From: Octopus vulgaris
Lineage: Eukaryota
Reading direction: 5' to 3'
DNA length: 64,000 nt
Assembly (NCBI GenBank): GCA_951406725.2
Contig: OX597832.1
Coordinates: forward strand, 35,712,001 to 35,776,000
This document shows, one piece after another, positions 1 to 10,768 of the stretch (its first letter is position 1; each line of letters opens with the position of its first letter). Under the pieces are notes generated by a model, which had not been told where the DNA came from, made no database searches, and saw only the letters and a program-made list of their open reading frames with translations. The position numbers and the translations under genes were made by a program.

Positions 1-1366
1 AATTACCAAAACCATAAAGCTGAATTATATCGGTTTCTGATTCCGATGTTTCATACTCTTCATCTAAGTGTAACTTAAATCTACATTTGATCAGTGATAT
101 TTGAAATGATTACGGCATCCCCATTACTGGCCAAAGATCAATGTCTACATCAGGAATTAAAACTGAAATATTTTTCTGAGGTAAAATTCTCATTTCTTCA
201 TCCACCCTCATCACCAACAGATGCTGTACATTGATAACAGATCTTTTTTTGGATAGTGAAAACTCAATTTTAAACATTGACAATCCTTTCTTCAAAATGT
301 TGGGTTTTACTTTTCATTCCAGCAAGAATTCCAAGAGAAAGGATGGGAGTTACGAAGAGTAGGATGGTACAAGGAATGAGAGAAACAGAGAGAGAAGGAA
401 GGGAGAGATAGAGAGAGATGAAGAAAGAAAGAAGAGAAAGATATCAAATCATTTGCTACAAACTGAATCATTTGTTGAATGCTTGATAGTTTTGAAAGCT
501 AAGCATCAAGGACGAAAAGCAGTTGGAGGCTGAGTTTGTCAATGGAGTTAAAACCAACAGCAGCAGTAACATCATCATAATTCCCCATCACCATAATCAT
601 CAGTAGCAGTAGCAACAGCAGCAGTAGTAGTAGTAGAGTCATCTTTGCAGCTCCTCCTTCAGCTGAACTACTTCATGGAGTCTATTGTCAATAGACATCA
701 TGCAATAATAGATTCATGCACAGAAACTGCAAAGGAAATCTGCATAGCTCGTCGTATGCTGTCTGATTTTTTCCTTCTATTTCTATATATCTGGTTTCCT
801 GCTTCTAACGAACAGCTCAGCATGAACATTATTACACGATGTTCGCTGAAGTGTAATAATGAATCCCTGCCTTACATAATATTCCAGCTGATGAATGGCC
901 AGAAACAAAAGCCAGCATTTTGACACCAATACTTGCAATCTATATTCACAGCTAAATAAGCCAAGAGCCATAAATATAAATAAAGACCAGAAATGTGGCT
1001 GTGGTAATTGTATTGTTTACAGTGTGAACATAAAAATCTATTGTAAACTGGATAAAAGTTATCAGTTATAAAGATAATGATGCAGACTTAACTGAACGAA
1101 GGGAAACACTTAGAGGACAACATGAAGCGCAGAAAAGAGACAATTTCTACATATATTTGGAAATGATTATAACATTGTACTATCAGAATCACTGTTTCAT
1201 CCCAAAATAAAATCCTGGTGTAGATTATGAAATTTAATTAAATAAGCCATTCCGTAATGGTGTTAAAAATACAGAATTACAAAAACAGACTATTTCATAA
1301 AGTTCTTGTTAGCTATATTCAAAAGCAATATCTGAGATTATCTTCATTAAAATTTTGTACAGTACA

Positions 1367-1368
<2 letters not shown>

Positions 1369-1409
<41 letters not shown>
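1369..1409. repeat. (GT)n microsatellite
   Basis: Direct run of GT units; explains the CV-repeat ORF 1257..1442. Confidence 0.95.
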
Positions 1410-1415
<6 letters not shown>

Positions 1416-1563
1416 CATATATGCATAATGTGTATAACATGATTAACCAACAGTTTTTGTGTAACAAGCAGACCTAATTCTGTGTCTGTGCATTATCTGA
1501 GACTCTATGGAACCAGACTCTTTTCATTATAGAGGAGAGAAAATGTATAGACCAGGAACTATA

Positions 1564-1650
1564 TGAGGGTCAGCTGAAAAGTTCATAGGTTGACCAAGAT
1601 ACTATCAGGGAATGCGACCAAATGAAGTTTATTTTTTAAGTTTATGTTTT
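1564..1650 (+). mobile_element. Mariner-type left terminus fragment
   Basis: TA-TGAGGGTCAGCTGAAAAGTTCATAGG resembles irritans-type mariner TIRs (TA-CGAGGG..TCAAAAAGTTCATGG). No partner TIR or transposase nearby. Confidence 0.45.
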
Positions 1651-1767
1651 TGTGATCGGAAGAAAAAAACAAAACAAAAAAAACCCATCCGAACAGAGTG
1701 GAGACAAAATAAGGTTGGTTCAGTTCTGCCGTGGAATATGACAATCTTTCTATGAGTGCATGGAGAA

Positions 1768-1935
1768 ATGCAGCTGGTACACTCGGTAAAGTGGTTGATG
1801 TTAGGAATATCATCCAGTCATAGAAACCATGGCAAAACGTGTTTGAGCAAGATCTGGCTCTCTGATGTGTTGGATCTTGTTAAAATGTCCAGCCTCTGCC
1901 AGCATAGAAGGCTGATGTAAAGTGATGATGATAAT
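1768..1935 (+). mobile_element. Decayed Meta-domain-like SINE 3' part
   Basis: GTGGTTGATGTTAGGAATATCATCCAGTCATAGAAACC...GCCAGCATAGAA...(GAT)n tail; same layout as 14453-14806. Confidence 0.6.
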
Positions 1936-2581
1936 GATGGTGATAATAACAATAATGATGGCACAAACATACTAACAGTAAATAAAGACAATAGATTGGT
2001 ATGTCACAAATTGTTCAGTTTGTTCTTTTTTTTTATATAGAGATTCTTTGCTAGTTATATAAATGGTCCTTACTAAATGTAAATTCATTGTGTTTGCTGA
2101 GTAGATTCCCAATCAGTCATCTTGAGTGCCAGCATCAAGTAATTAGTTGTACAGATATAAAAGCAATAATATACAACCACAAATATACAACCACAAAAGA
2201 GGACCATTTTGACTGTAGTAGACTAATGAACAGACAAACCAATATGAAAGCAGTGAGTAACTATTTCAAAGAAAGGGTACGGCACTAGTAAAATGTCTGA
2301 GAGTAGGATGCCTATTGGAGAATTGACAATTTCTTTCCATGAGACATGTCAGACTGTAATTTTCACAGGATCCAAAGCAGAAGCGTTGACAAACTGATGA
2401 AAAAGATTCAATTCCATAAATAACAGTATGGTGTCATCCTTCATGTGGAATTGTATTTAAAATAACTTTGAATGCATAATATACAAAAGAAAGGTGTTCT
2501 AAATACAGAACACAAATTAATAGAGGGATATGGAGGAAGGGTTTATTTGTTTGTTCTACCTACCTGTCCACCTGCCCGCCC

Positions 2582-2687
2582 TCCCACCCACCCATAACCC
2601 ACCAAAACTCAAAACCCACCCACCCATAACCCACCAAAACTCAAAACCCACCCACCTACCTACCTACCTACCTACCTATCTATCTAT
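2582..2687 (+). repeat. 33-bp tandem duplication followed by (ACCT)n grading into (ATCT)n
   Basis: CCCATAACCCACCAAAACTCAAAACCCACCCA occurs twice, then CCTACCTA... changes to CTATCTATCTAT directly before the LINE. Confidence 0.85.
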
Positions 2688-3910
2688 GAAGGGCGAATGG
2701 CACCGCGAGTGTCGCGTTGCTCTCAAGCAACTCTGCCGTCCTGGGTCGACCTTGAGTGACTTCAACACAACCAAAGCATTCTATAGGGGATTAGTGGAGG
2801 GGAGGTACGACGACGAGCTCGGGGCGAACCTGGACGTCGACGAGGAGTACCTGACCCGCCTGTTTAGGATGACTTTCGGGCCAGGGCCCATGGACAACTT
2901 CCAGAGATCCCTGGCCTGGCAGTGTTACCGAGAAGCGCTACCTGTTCGGGATAAGCTCTACAGACACGGTTCAAGAAACACGGGGCCGACCTGCCCGAGA
3001 TGCGGTCAGAGCGACGAAACCGTTCTGCACGCACTCGTGCAGTGTCCAACAATTTCCGACCTGTGGGCTTGTGTCGAACAACTGCTGTCACGTGTGGGAT
3101 GAGTCGGTTTATCAGCTGAGTCTATTGTCAATATTGTCACGCCTCCTTCCTTCAAACGGGAAGGAAGAACTATTTTCATCATCCTTGTGGCTATGGCGAA
3201 AGATTGTATCTGGTGGACGCGTCTGAAAGGATTGGAGACAAACACTTTCCTCTCTGGTCAATCTCTCATCAACTTCTTCAAGTACCACTTGAAAAGGAAA
3301 GTGAGAGTAGAGAGGCAAGTTTTGTCTAGCGAATGTTTTTAAAAAAAGATGGGTGAATGTAGCAAGGATGGCACGTATGAATGACGAAGCCACCTTGAGC
3401 TTAATCCTATGAACCCAGAAATTGAAAACAGAGGGTTACCCACTTGCAAACAAATGTGGTAACATATAACAATATTGACCAAGGTTACCATGGTCTTTTT
3501 CGTAGGCTTTTCTTCCCACGGATAAACCTTACTTGCTTTCCCCTTTACACCATATATCATAACACTGTGATACACAATCCCTATTGATCGTTCTTTTTTT
3601 TTTTTGTTTTTTTTCCTCTTCCCCTTTTTCCCCTTTTTTCTTCTTTTTTCCTTTCTCTTTTCTTATGTTCCTTTTCCTTTTCTTTTTTTTTTTTTCTTTT
3701 TATTTTTTATTTTATTTATTTATTTATTTATTTAAAAAAAATTTTTTTTTTGTTCTTGCCTTCCCTTTTACGATCCCTCTTGATCGAAAACCTACGCCAC
3801 CCCCCCTTTTTTTCCTTTTGTTTTTTGCTTTTTTCATCCCCCAAAAGAAAAGCTCTACCTTGTAACTTGTCCCATCTGTGTGCAGCCCTGTGTGGCCAAT
3901 ACAGAAACTT
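2688..3910 (+). mobile_element. 5'-truncated Tx1/L1-clade non-LTR retrotransposon (ORF2 C-terminus plus 3' UTR)
   Basis: Translation contains a zf-RVT-type motif (LAWQCYREALPVRDKL...CPRCGQSDETVLHALVQCP). The frame continues past an in-frame TGA at 3100 and a homopolymer frameshift near 3340 to a stop at 3410-3412. A pyrimidine-rich UTR ends GGCCAATACAGAAACTT followed by (ATCT)n. CpG-rich, so relatively young. Confidence 0.88.
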
Positions 3911-4222
3911 ATCTATCTATCTATCTATCTATGTGTGTTTGCATGTATGTATACATACACACAAGCATGAGTCTATTCTTATGTATACATTCATCCACTT
4001 TTTTTCCGTTTTAGCAGAAGTTAGATAAAAACAGAGTGGGACTTTGTTTCACAGCTGGAGACTTTCGTTGGAGCTAACACTTATTTTTTCAAGCAATGTA
4101 TTTTTTATATTTCATTTATTATAGAGCTGCTATGGGACATTTTGTTGGTACAGAAGGTCAATCAACCTGATATTTGTTTTACTTAATGCTTTAATGAGAA
4201 AATGTAGAATGTAAACATTCAC

Positions 4223-4225
<3 letters not shown>

Positions 4226-4275
<50 letters not shown>

Positions 4276-4313
4276 ACACACACATACACACACACACACA
4301 TGCACACACACAC
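4226..4313. repeat. (AC)n microsatellite
   Basis: Direct. Confidence 0.95.
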
Positions 4314-5281
4314 AAAAGTGTGAAGAATATTACATCTTCAGACTAGAAACAAAAAGTTGGTTATGTATTTCCACTAAAATACTTCAAAACAACAACTTCT
4401 GAATAGAATCAGTTAAAAATGATAAAATCTCCAAAAATGCAAGAAATAGTTGAAATGTTAAATGATTATGGTTGCACCATGGACATGGTAGTACCCTCCA
4501 TGAAAAATATAGTTATCTTCCTCCCTACATGTCAAAAGAATAGTCAAGATTTCAATAGAGAGACAAAGAAAGAATTCTTTTATGTAGACAAGTAATCCAA
4601 GATGAAATCTATCTCTTTATGTGTTGAATGTCATTCCTAATAAAAAAAAAGTATATTATAAAAACAAAAAAACATAAATGTTCCATATCAATAATCAATA
4701 ATCTTTACGATGATACAGTGTTTGTTACACATAAGGAAAAACAGGTGAAAATAAGAAAATAAGAGACATTGAAAGAAAGTGGTGGTGTGTTTCTAAATGG
4801 GGGTTGAAACCAGAAATTACAGTTTTACTGAGAATATATTTTTATAGCAAGGTTTCATAAAACCAAGTTAATGTATAGTAATGGTTGGTAGTTACATTTA
4901 AACTGAATGTAACAACTAGAGACCATTAATATATTTTATTTGGGGCAATGATGTAATAATAAACTTTGGAGAAAGATAAAACAGTTCACTACCAGATTTT
5001 TGTTATTCAAGAACAAAGTTGCTACTAAAATAAAGCACATTAAACTGTATAAAGTATGTCGTGTAAGATATGCTGTGTAAAGTATGTTGAGTAAAGAATG
5101 CTGTAAAAGGTATCCAAGGCTGTCGCCTGACCTTTAGAGGCCCCCTGCAACTTTTTGTTTTGAGGCCCCATCTCTTCAATCAAAATTCGTAATCTACACA
5201 CCATTATTATCTGCAAAAATCAAACATAGTCCCTTACAGCTTGTTGTATTTTAGACTCATCACAGCAGAGTCTACTGCGAT

Positions 5282-5460
5282 GCATATGGCATAGTGGTTA
5301 AGAGCATGGACTACTAACCCCAAGATTCTGAGTTCAATTCCAGGGAGTGACCTGAATGATAATAACCATAATAATAATAATACCTTAGGAACGAGAACCC
5401 AGGTTCAAAATTTCCCCAAGACACCTGATGAAGGGTGGAGGGTATATCAGCCGAAACATA
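5282..5460 (+). mobile_element. tRNA-derived SINE-like element carrying a hammerhead-like motif
   Basis: A-box-like TGGCATAGTGGT and B-box-like GAGTTCAATTCC, an (AAT)n spacer, then GACAC-CTGATGA-AGGGTG...CAGCC-GAAAC. Confidence 0.65.
5420..5457 (+). ncRNA. Degenerate type I hammerhead ribozyme motif
   Basis: Core CTGATGA 5425-5431, stem II GGGTG/CAGCC (one mismatch), GAAAC 5453-5457. The stem III and stem I 3' strand are not recognisable. Confidence 0.5.
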
Positions 5461-5552
5461 TAGTTTTATCTTTTTATGAAACCAACTACAATAACAACAG
5501 TAAGAAGCAAAAAATGTGGAGGAAAATGAAAATTTTTTTTATAATGTACATA

Positions 5553-5677
5553 GGCACAGACATGGCTGTGTGGTAAGAAGCTCGCTTCCTAACCACATGG
5601 CTTCAGGTTCTGTCCCACTGCTGACCAAAGCCCCATGAGCAGATTTGGTAGACAGACACTGAAAGAAGCCTGTCGTG
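5553..5677 (+). mobile_element. tRNA-derived SINE (family A), internally deleted
   Basis: GGCACAGACATGGCTGTGTGGTAAGAAGCTCGCTTCCTAACCACATGG...GATTTGGTAGACAGACACTGAAAGAAGCC; homologous to the reverse complement of 44257-44678. Confidence 0.85.
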
Positions 5678-5880
5678 TATATATATATATCCACACACAC
5701 AAACACACATATGCATACACACATAGATAAGCAATATTATATAAAAGCAACTATCATCATCAACATCTTCACCATCATTGTTTTTGCTTTATGCTGATGC
5801 AGCCAATGTATATAAATGCAAATTTCACTATTATTGATTGCAAATAGATCTATAAACTCTCAATGCAAACTTCGGAATAT

Positions 5881-5882
<2 letters not shown>

Positions 5883-5961
<79 letters not shown>

Positions 5962-5970
5962 TGTGTGTGT
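5883..5970. repeat. (GT)n microsatellite
   Basis: Direct. Confidence 0.95.
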
Positions 5971-6865
5971 GGTGAGGGTGCATGTGTTCCTTATTTAATA
6001 TTCACATGAATGTGTGAACATGTGTTCAGCAGATGAAAGGAATGAAACTAATAGCTTCAGTGAGAAAACATTATCCTTGTCTTCTTAGATTACATAATTG
6101 CTGCTGTTTTTTCCACCTGGTCAGAACCTCATAAGCCACCAAATCATGTATGCAACAGGTAGGAATATTGGCTGGTTAGGCAATAGAAATAATGAGGATT
6201 TGTCAATATCTTTCTATTCAGCATATTTCAGACAAGATTATTCCACTAGAATTCAACATTTCCATTTTGCCTGGTCACCTTAGATGAAGTACATTATGGT
6301 GTTTGCCTCAATCAAACTAACTGGAAATAGTTACCACTCCCACTTCACAGATGAGTGGTCAGCAATAGCAGAAAGTATTAATGTGAAAATAACTACTCCA
6401 GCTTTTATATCTAAATATACAAAAGAGAAAAATGGGTGTAAATCAATAAAAATATAATTGCATTGTAAATATTAAAATCAAAGGTTTTCAGACATCATCA
6501 ACTTTTCCATTAGCTTAGGCTTTATCCGTGTATCAGTTACAGTAACTTTCTGGCTGATGTCCGTCTGGATGTGAAGTTACAGTCTTAAAACTGACTTGAA
6601 CTCTTCCTCCCAAGGCTTCAACAGTTCAATATAAACTCAAGGAATATTTTCATCAATTAAGACATGCATGTTTATTAAGGACTTCAAATATGTGGAGTCC
6701 TGGTATATTTAGTATATATATTTGGAATACTTCACTTAGGGATCACATCTAGTTGAATTGATGGTACCCTACATATCATATGATTGTGTAATCACACACG
6801 AGAGAAAATAACAACAATAGCAACAGCAATGTTAATCAATACATTTATCATAAAGAGAATATCTT

Positions 6866-7054
6866 ATTTCTTACTTATTTCATTCATTAGACTGTGGCCA
6901 TGCTGGGATGATGCTTTTAAGGGCTTACTCGAACAAATTGATTCCTGTACTTATTTTTGAAGGATGGTTCTTACTGTATGGGTGTCTTTTACAGAACCAC
7001 TAAGTTATGGGGACATAAACAAACCAACACCAGTTGTTAAGCAATGCAGCAAGG

Positions 7055-7113
<59 letters not shown>

Positions 7114-7269
7114 GGGCTTTCACACAGTTTCCAGCTACCAAATCCACTCACAAGGCATTGGTCAGCCGAGGGCTATAGTGGAAGATACTTGCCCAAGGTA
7201 TCACACTGGGAATGAACCTGGAACAATGTGGTTGCAAAACGAGCAAACCACACAGCCCTGTCTGCACCT
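6866..7269 (-). mobile_element. tRNA-derived SINE (family A), near full length, with internal (AC)n
   Basis: Colinear with 44257-44678 along its length, including the internal (AC)n at 7057-7110. Confidence 0.85.
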
Positions 7270-7279
7270 GTATGTCGTT

Positions 7280-7650
7280 TAGCTGTGGCCAATGCTGGTG
7301 TCAAGATACTGGCACCTAAAAAGCACCTTTCAAGCATTGGTCTTCATAGAGGCAAAGTGGCCGATGCCGGTGGCACATGAAAAGCTCCTTTTGAATGTTT
7401 GGTCTCATGGAAGCAATGAAGAATGACAGAAGCCTTTGGCATTATGTCGTGCTTGAGAAGAGGACCCATCAAGCCAAGTAAAAGCGCCCATTACACTCTT
7501 GAAGTGGTTGGCATTAGGAAGGACACCCAACCATAGAAACCATACCAAATCAGACTGGAGTCTGGTGCAGCCTTCCAGCTTGCCAGCCCTGGTCAAACTG
7601 TCCAACCCATGCCAACATGGACAATGGACGTTAAATAATGATGATGACGA
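7280..7650 (+). mobile_element. Meta-domain-like SINE with (GAT)n tail
   Basis: GTGGTTGGCATTAGGAAGGACACCCAACCATAGAAACC...CCAACCCATGCCAACATGGACAATGGACGTTAAATAATGATGATG. Confidence 0.8.
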
Positions 7651-7884
7651 TCCGTATGACATTTCATTTTTATAATTTGTTCCAGGACAATGCAGGGAAG
7701 GCCATACAAACTTATGACCCTTTGATTTGAAACCAGTTTTATAATTGCTAACACAAGAAGTACTCAGCCTTTGAGTGACTCTGAAACTTCTGTTGATTAT
7801 TATTAATAAAAATGACTCGTCAGCATATGTCCCATTTAGATGCTGACTACTTAGACAGGATACAAATGTCAACTTTATAGTCAG

Positions 7885-8325
7885 GATAGGGCAGTATATA
7901 CATGTTCAACTGTATAGACAGAATATGGAAGTTGGTTATAGAAACAGTATATAAATTTAGATTACATTGATAGAAAGTACATGAATTTTGAATATTTAGA
8001 TAGTATATAGAAGTTGTCTATACAGACAGTACATAGCTGTTGACTACATAAACATTATTTGAATGTAGACAATATAAAATGCATTTAGATGTTATCTGTA
8101 TAGATATAGATGCTGACTAGATTGACTATATATAGTTGACTATATAAACAGTCTGTGAAACAATATATGAATCTGGATCATTTAGATAGACAGTATACAA
8201 ATGTTGACAATAGACAGTATGGAGATTTTGGCTGTACAGACAGTACATGGACGTTGACAATATAAATGGCTTTAGATGTGGACTATATAGACACACACAG
8301 TATATAGGTGTTGAGTAGATAGATC
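7885..8325. repeat. Degenerate ~26-bp minisatellite
   Basis: Recurring AGACAGTATATAGATGTTGACTATAT-like units. Confidence 0.65.
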
Positions 8326-8329
8326 TATG

Positions 8330-8900
8330 TTGATCGAACTGGTTCATCTGTGCTGATATAATATATCGATTTGTACTCACAGAACCGAACACACTGTTCA
8401 TTGCTGAATGATCACATTGATCTGTAACTGATAAAACACATCGATTTACTTTGGTGGAACTAATTGATCCCTCCTTATAGAACTCACTGAACTGTATCAA
8501 CAAACATATGGATCAGTATTGATAGAACATACTGATCTGTTCTGTTAGAACTGATTGATCTTCATCTATAGATCATATTGAACTGTACTGATAGGAGATC
8601 TTGATCTGTAAAGATCAAACTCATTATCTTTGCTGGCAAAACATATTCATGCGTTTTGGTAGAACATATTGATTGGTTTGTTCTGATAGAACTGATTGAT
8701 CTACCTTGAGAGAACATACTAATCAGATATTGACCTATGTTGAAAGAATATATTGATCTGCATTGATAGAATGCATTGTTCTGTAATGATAATACTGACT
8801 GATCTACAATAACAACACTAACTGATCCATAGTAACAGAACGAACTGGACTGATCGAAGTTATAAATCTATACTGATCAAACATTTTTGAGCTGATAGAC
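8330..8900. repeat. Degenerate ~23-bp minisatellite
   Basis: Recurring CATACTGATCTGTACTGATAGAA-like units, for example 8508-8600. Confidence 0.7.
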
Positions 8901-10107
8901 CAGATTCAACAAACGAATATATAAACATGTGTCTGTTAGTTTGTTTAATTATCAATTGAATATTTTTGCAATCATATTAGTTAATAAAACTAATAGAAAT
9001 ATTTTTTCTTTTCCTTTGGATCTTCAGTATTGATTTGTTTCCATTAAAATTACAAAAATTCTTCCCAAATTGTTTCCATTTAATTTGTTTTACTTCTTTT
9101 TTCTCTCATGACTTCTCAATGGATCGTGTTTGCTCAACTATCAATACTGTTGACTTAAGCATTAGAATTTCATATAGAATAAAATAGATGAGATCAGTTG
9201 ATGCTACATCACATGGTAAATAAAAGTGTAACGTAAACCTAATGGATTACTTTTCAAATAAACTGATGAAGATACAGACTTAATTGTATTATCCACAGCT
9301 ACTTATACATGTATGGAAAGGTTTCAAATATAAATATTCAACACTCAATGCTTACAGGAATATAGTTGTACATATGTATGCAAATATTTTAAATATATAT
9401 GTTTGATAACATAATAGTGGACTATGGAATTCCTTAACATTCAAGCAGTTATGTTTTGTATATAAATTCAATTAATTATATTTGGTGCCACCGTCTTAGT
9501 AAGTATACAAATTGCTGTTTGAGATGTAAAATTTGTGATCCTTCACTAAATCACCTATCTAGCAACAACTACATTTGATTTGAAAGAGGCATTATTTCAA
9601 AGCTGTAATTCAAAAGTATTTAGAATGAAGCCATGAAATTTATAATTAGAATCTTTGTCTAAGTCAGAAACCAACCTTACAACATCTTTCCATACATTTT
9701 GATCCTGTACACTACAAAAAGCTCAATACATCTTGATCAACATTAAAATATATCTCATTCTATTTTAGCCCAATGTATGTAAGCTTTCACCACCTCTACC
9801 CAACCTTTCAGAGATAGCTTCCTCTCAGCCCATTTCTGGATAAAACTAGCCATCATAAACCAAAACAAAACACTACATACACCCAAGGCATACAACTATG
9901 TTGCATTGTGAAGTAAAAGTGAAAGTAGATCTCCTTCAGATATGATGATGAATATTTAGGTGTTTGATCAACTGAGCTATCTGCATATTGAATTAGTATA
10001 TGAGTGGCTGAGTATCCCACTGTGTACCCTTGAGGTAATTCTTAGGCAGAATCAGTATGATACATTGTGTGATGAGGTTGTATCTTTGAATTCCAGGTAC
10101 AATCCGT

Positions 10108-10262
10108 GCAACAGGCTTTTGCAAAAATTTCCATCAACTCAATTTCACTCACAAAGTTTGGATTGACCTAAAAAGACACTTGTGCTAGAAGAGATCATGT
10201 TGTGAGATCAAATGAGAGCTCGTTACTGCAAATTCAACTTTTTAAACATCTTGCCATGCTGT
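10108..10262 (-). mobile_element. Decayed SINE (family A)
   Basis: TTTCCATCAACTCAATTTCACTCACAAAGTTTGG...AAGACACTTG resembles 44520-44600. Confidence 0.55.
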
Positions 10263-10734
10263 GTCCAACACAACAATAACTGAGGCTGGCCACTCTGTTC
10301 ATCCCAGTTTCTGTTTACTTGAAGCTCCAGACTGACCTGGTTTCAAGCAGTTTAGCCGCTCCTTGTGTTCAGTGACCCATGGTTCAGAGCTATTCAACAG
10401 CACAGACTTGCCTCTCCAGTCAATGTTGCTCCAACATCATTCATTATTTTTGAGATGATTATTGCAAATGTAGACCAATCTGGCAGTGATTGATATTTCA
10501 TTACAAAGTGACGGATGAAAGAAGGCATTTTGAAACAACCAAACCTACCACCAGGTGGATTGCAGTTTCAACATTTGGTGAATCAACATTACCTAAATAT
10601 AAATATTTGATCTAAGAACAATATTTATTTGTACTTAATTGGTCATATTGCAACTATATTATTTTTTAATTCTATGTGTATAGGAGTGCAATAGAGCAAA
10701 CTTGTTAATGACAATCTCTTTTTATTCTTTTCAG

Positions 10735-10768
10735 CTTTAACACAAGAGAGTTAGTTTGGTCTTTGAAG
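10735..10768 (+). other. Candidate 34-nt exon
   Basis: Polypyrimidine acceptor CTCTTTTTATTCTTTTCAG ending at 10734 and donor AAG|GTTGGT. One open frame, FNTRELVWSLK. Confidence 0.25.

Noticed and set aside
1-971. Short ORFs at the window start (110..295, 645..923, 783..971)
   Set aside because: No recognisable domain, internal stops in extended frames and no convincing splice pair.
3584-3865. Phe-rich 93-aa ORF
   Set aside because: Translation of the T-rich 3' UTR of the Tx1-like element.
7885-8900. Regularly spaced motifs as a CRISPR array
   Set aside because: Whole units are homologous, with no unique spacers and no cas genes; eukaryotic context.
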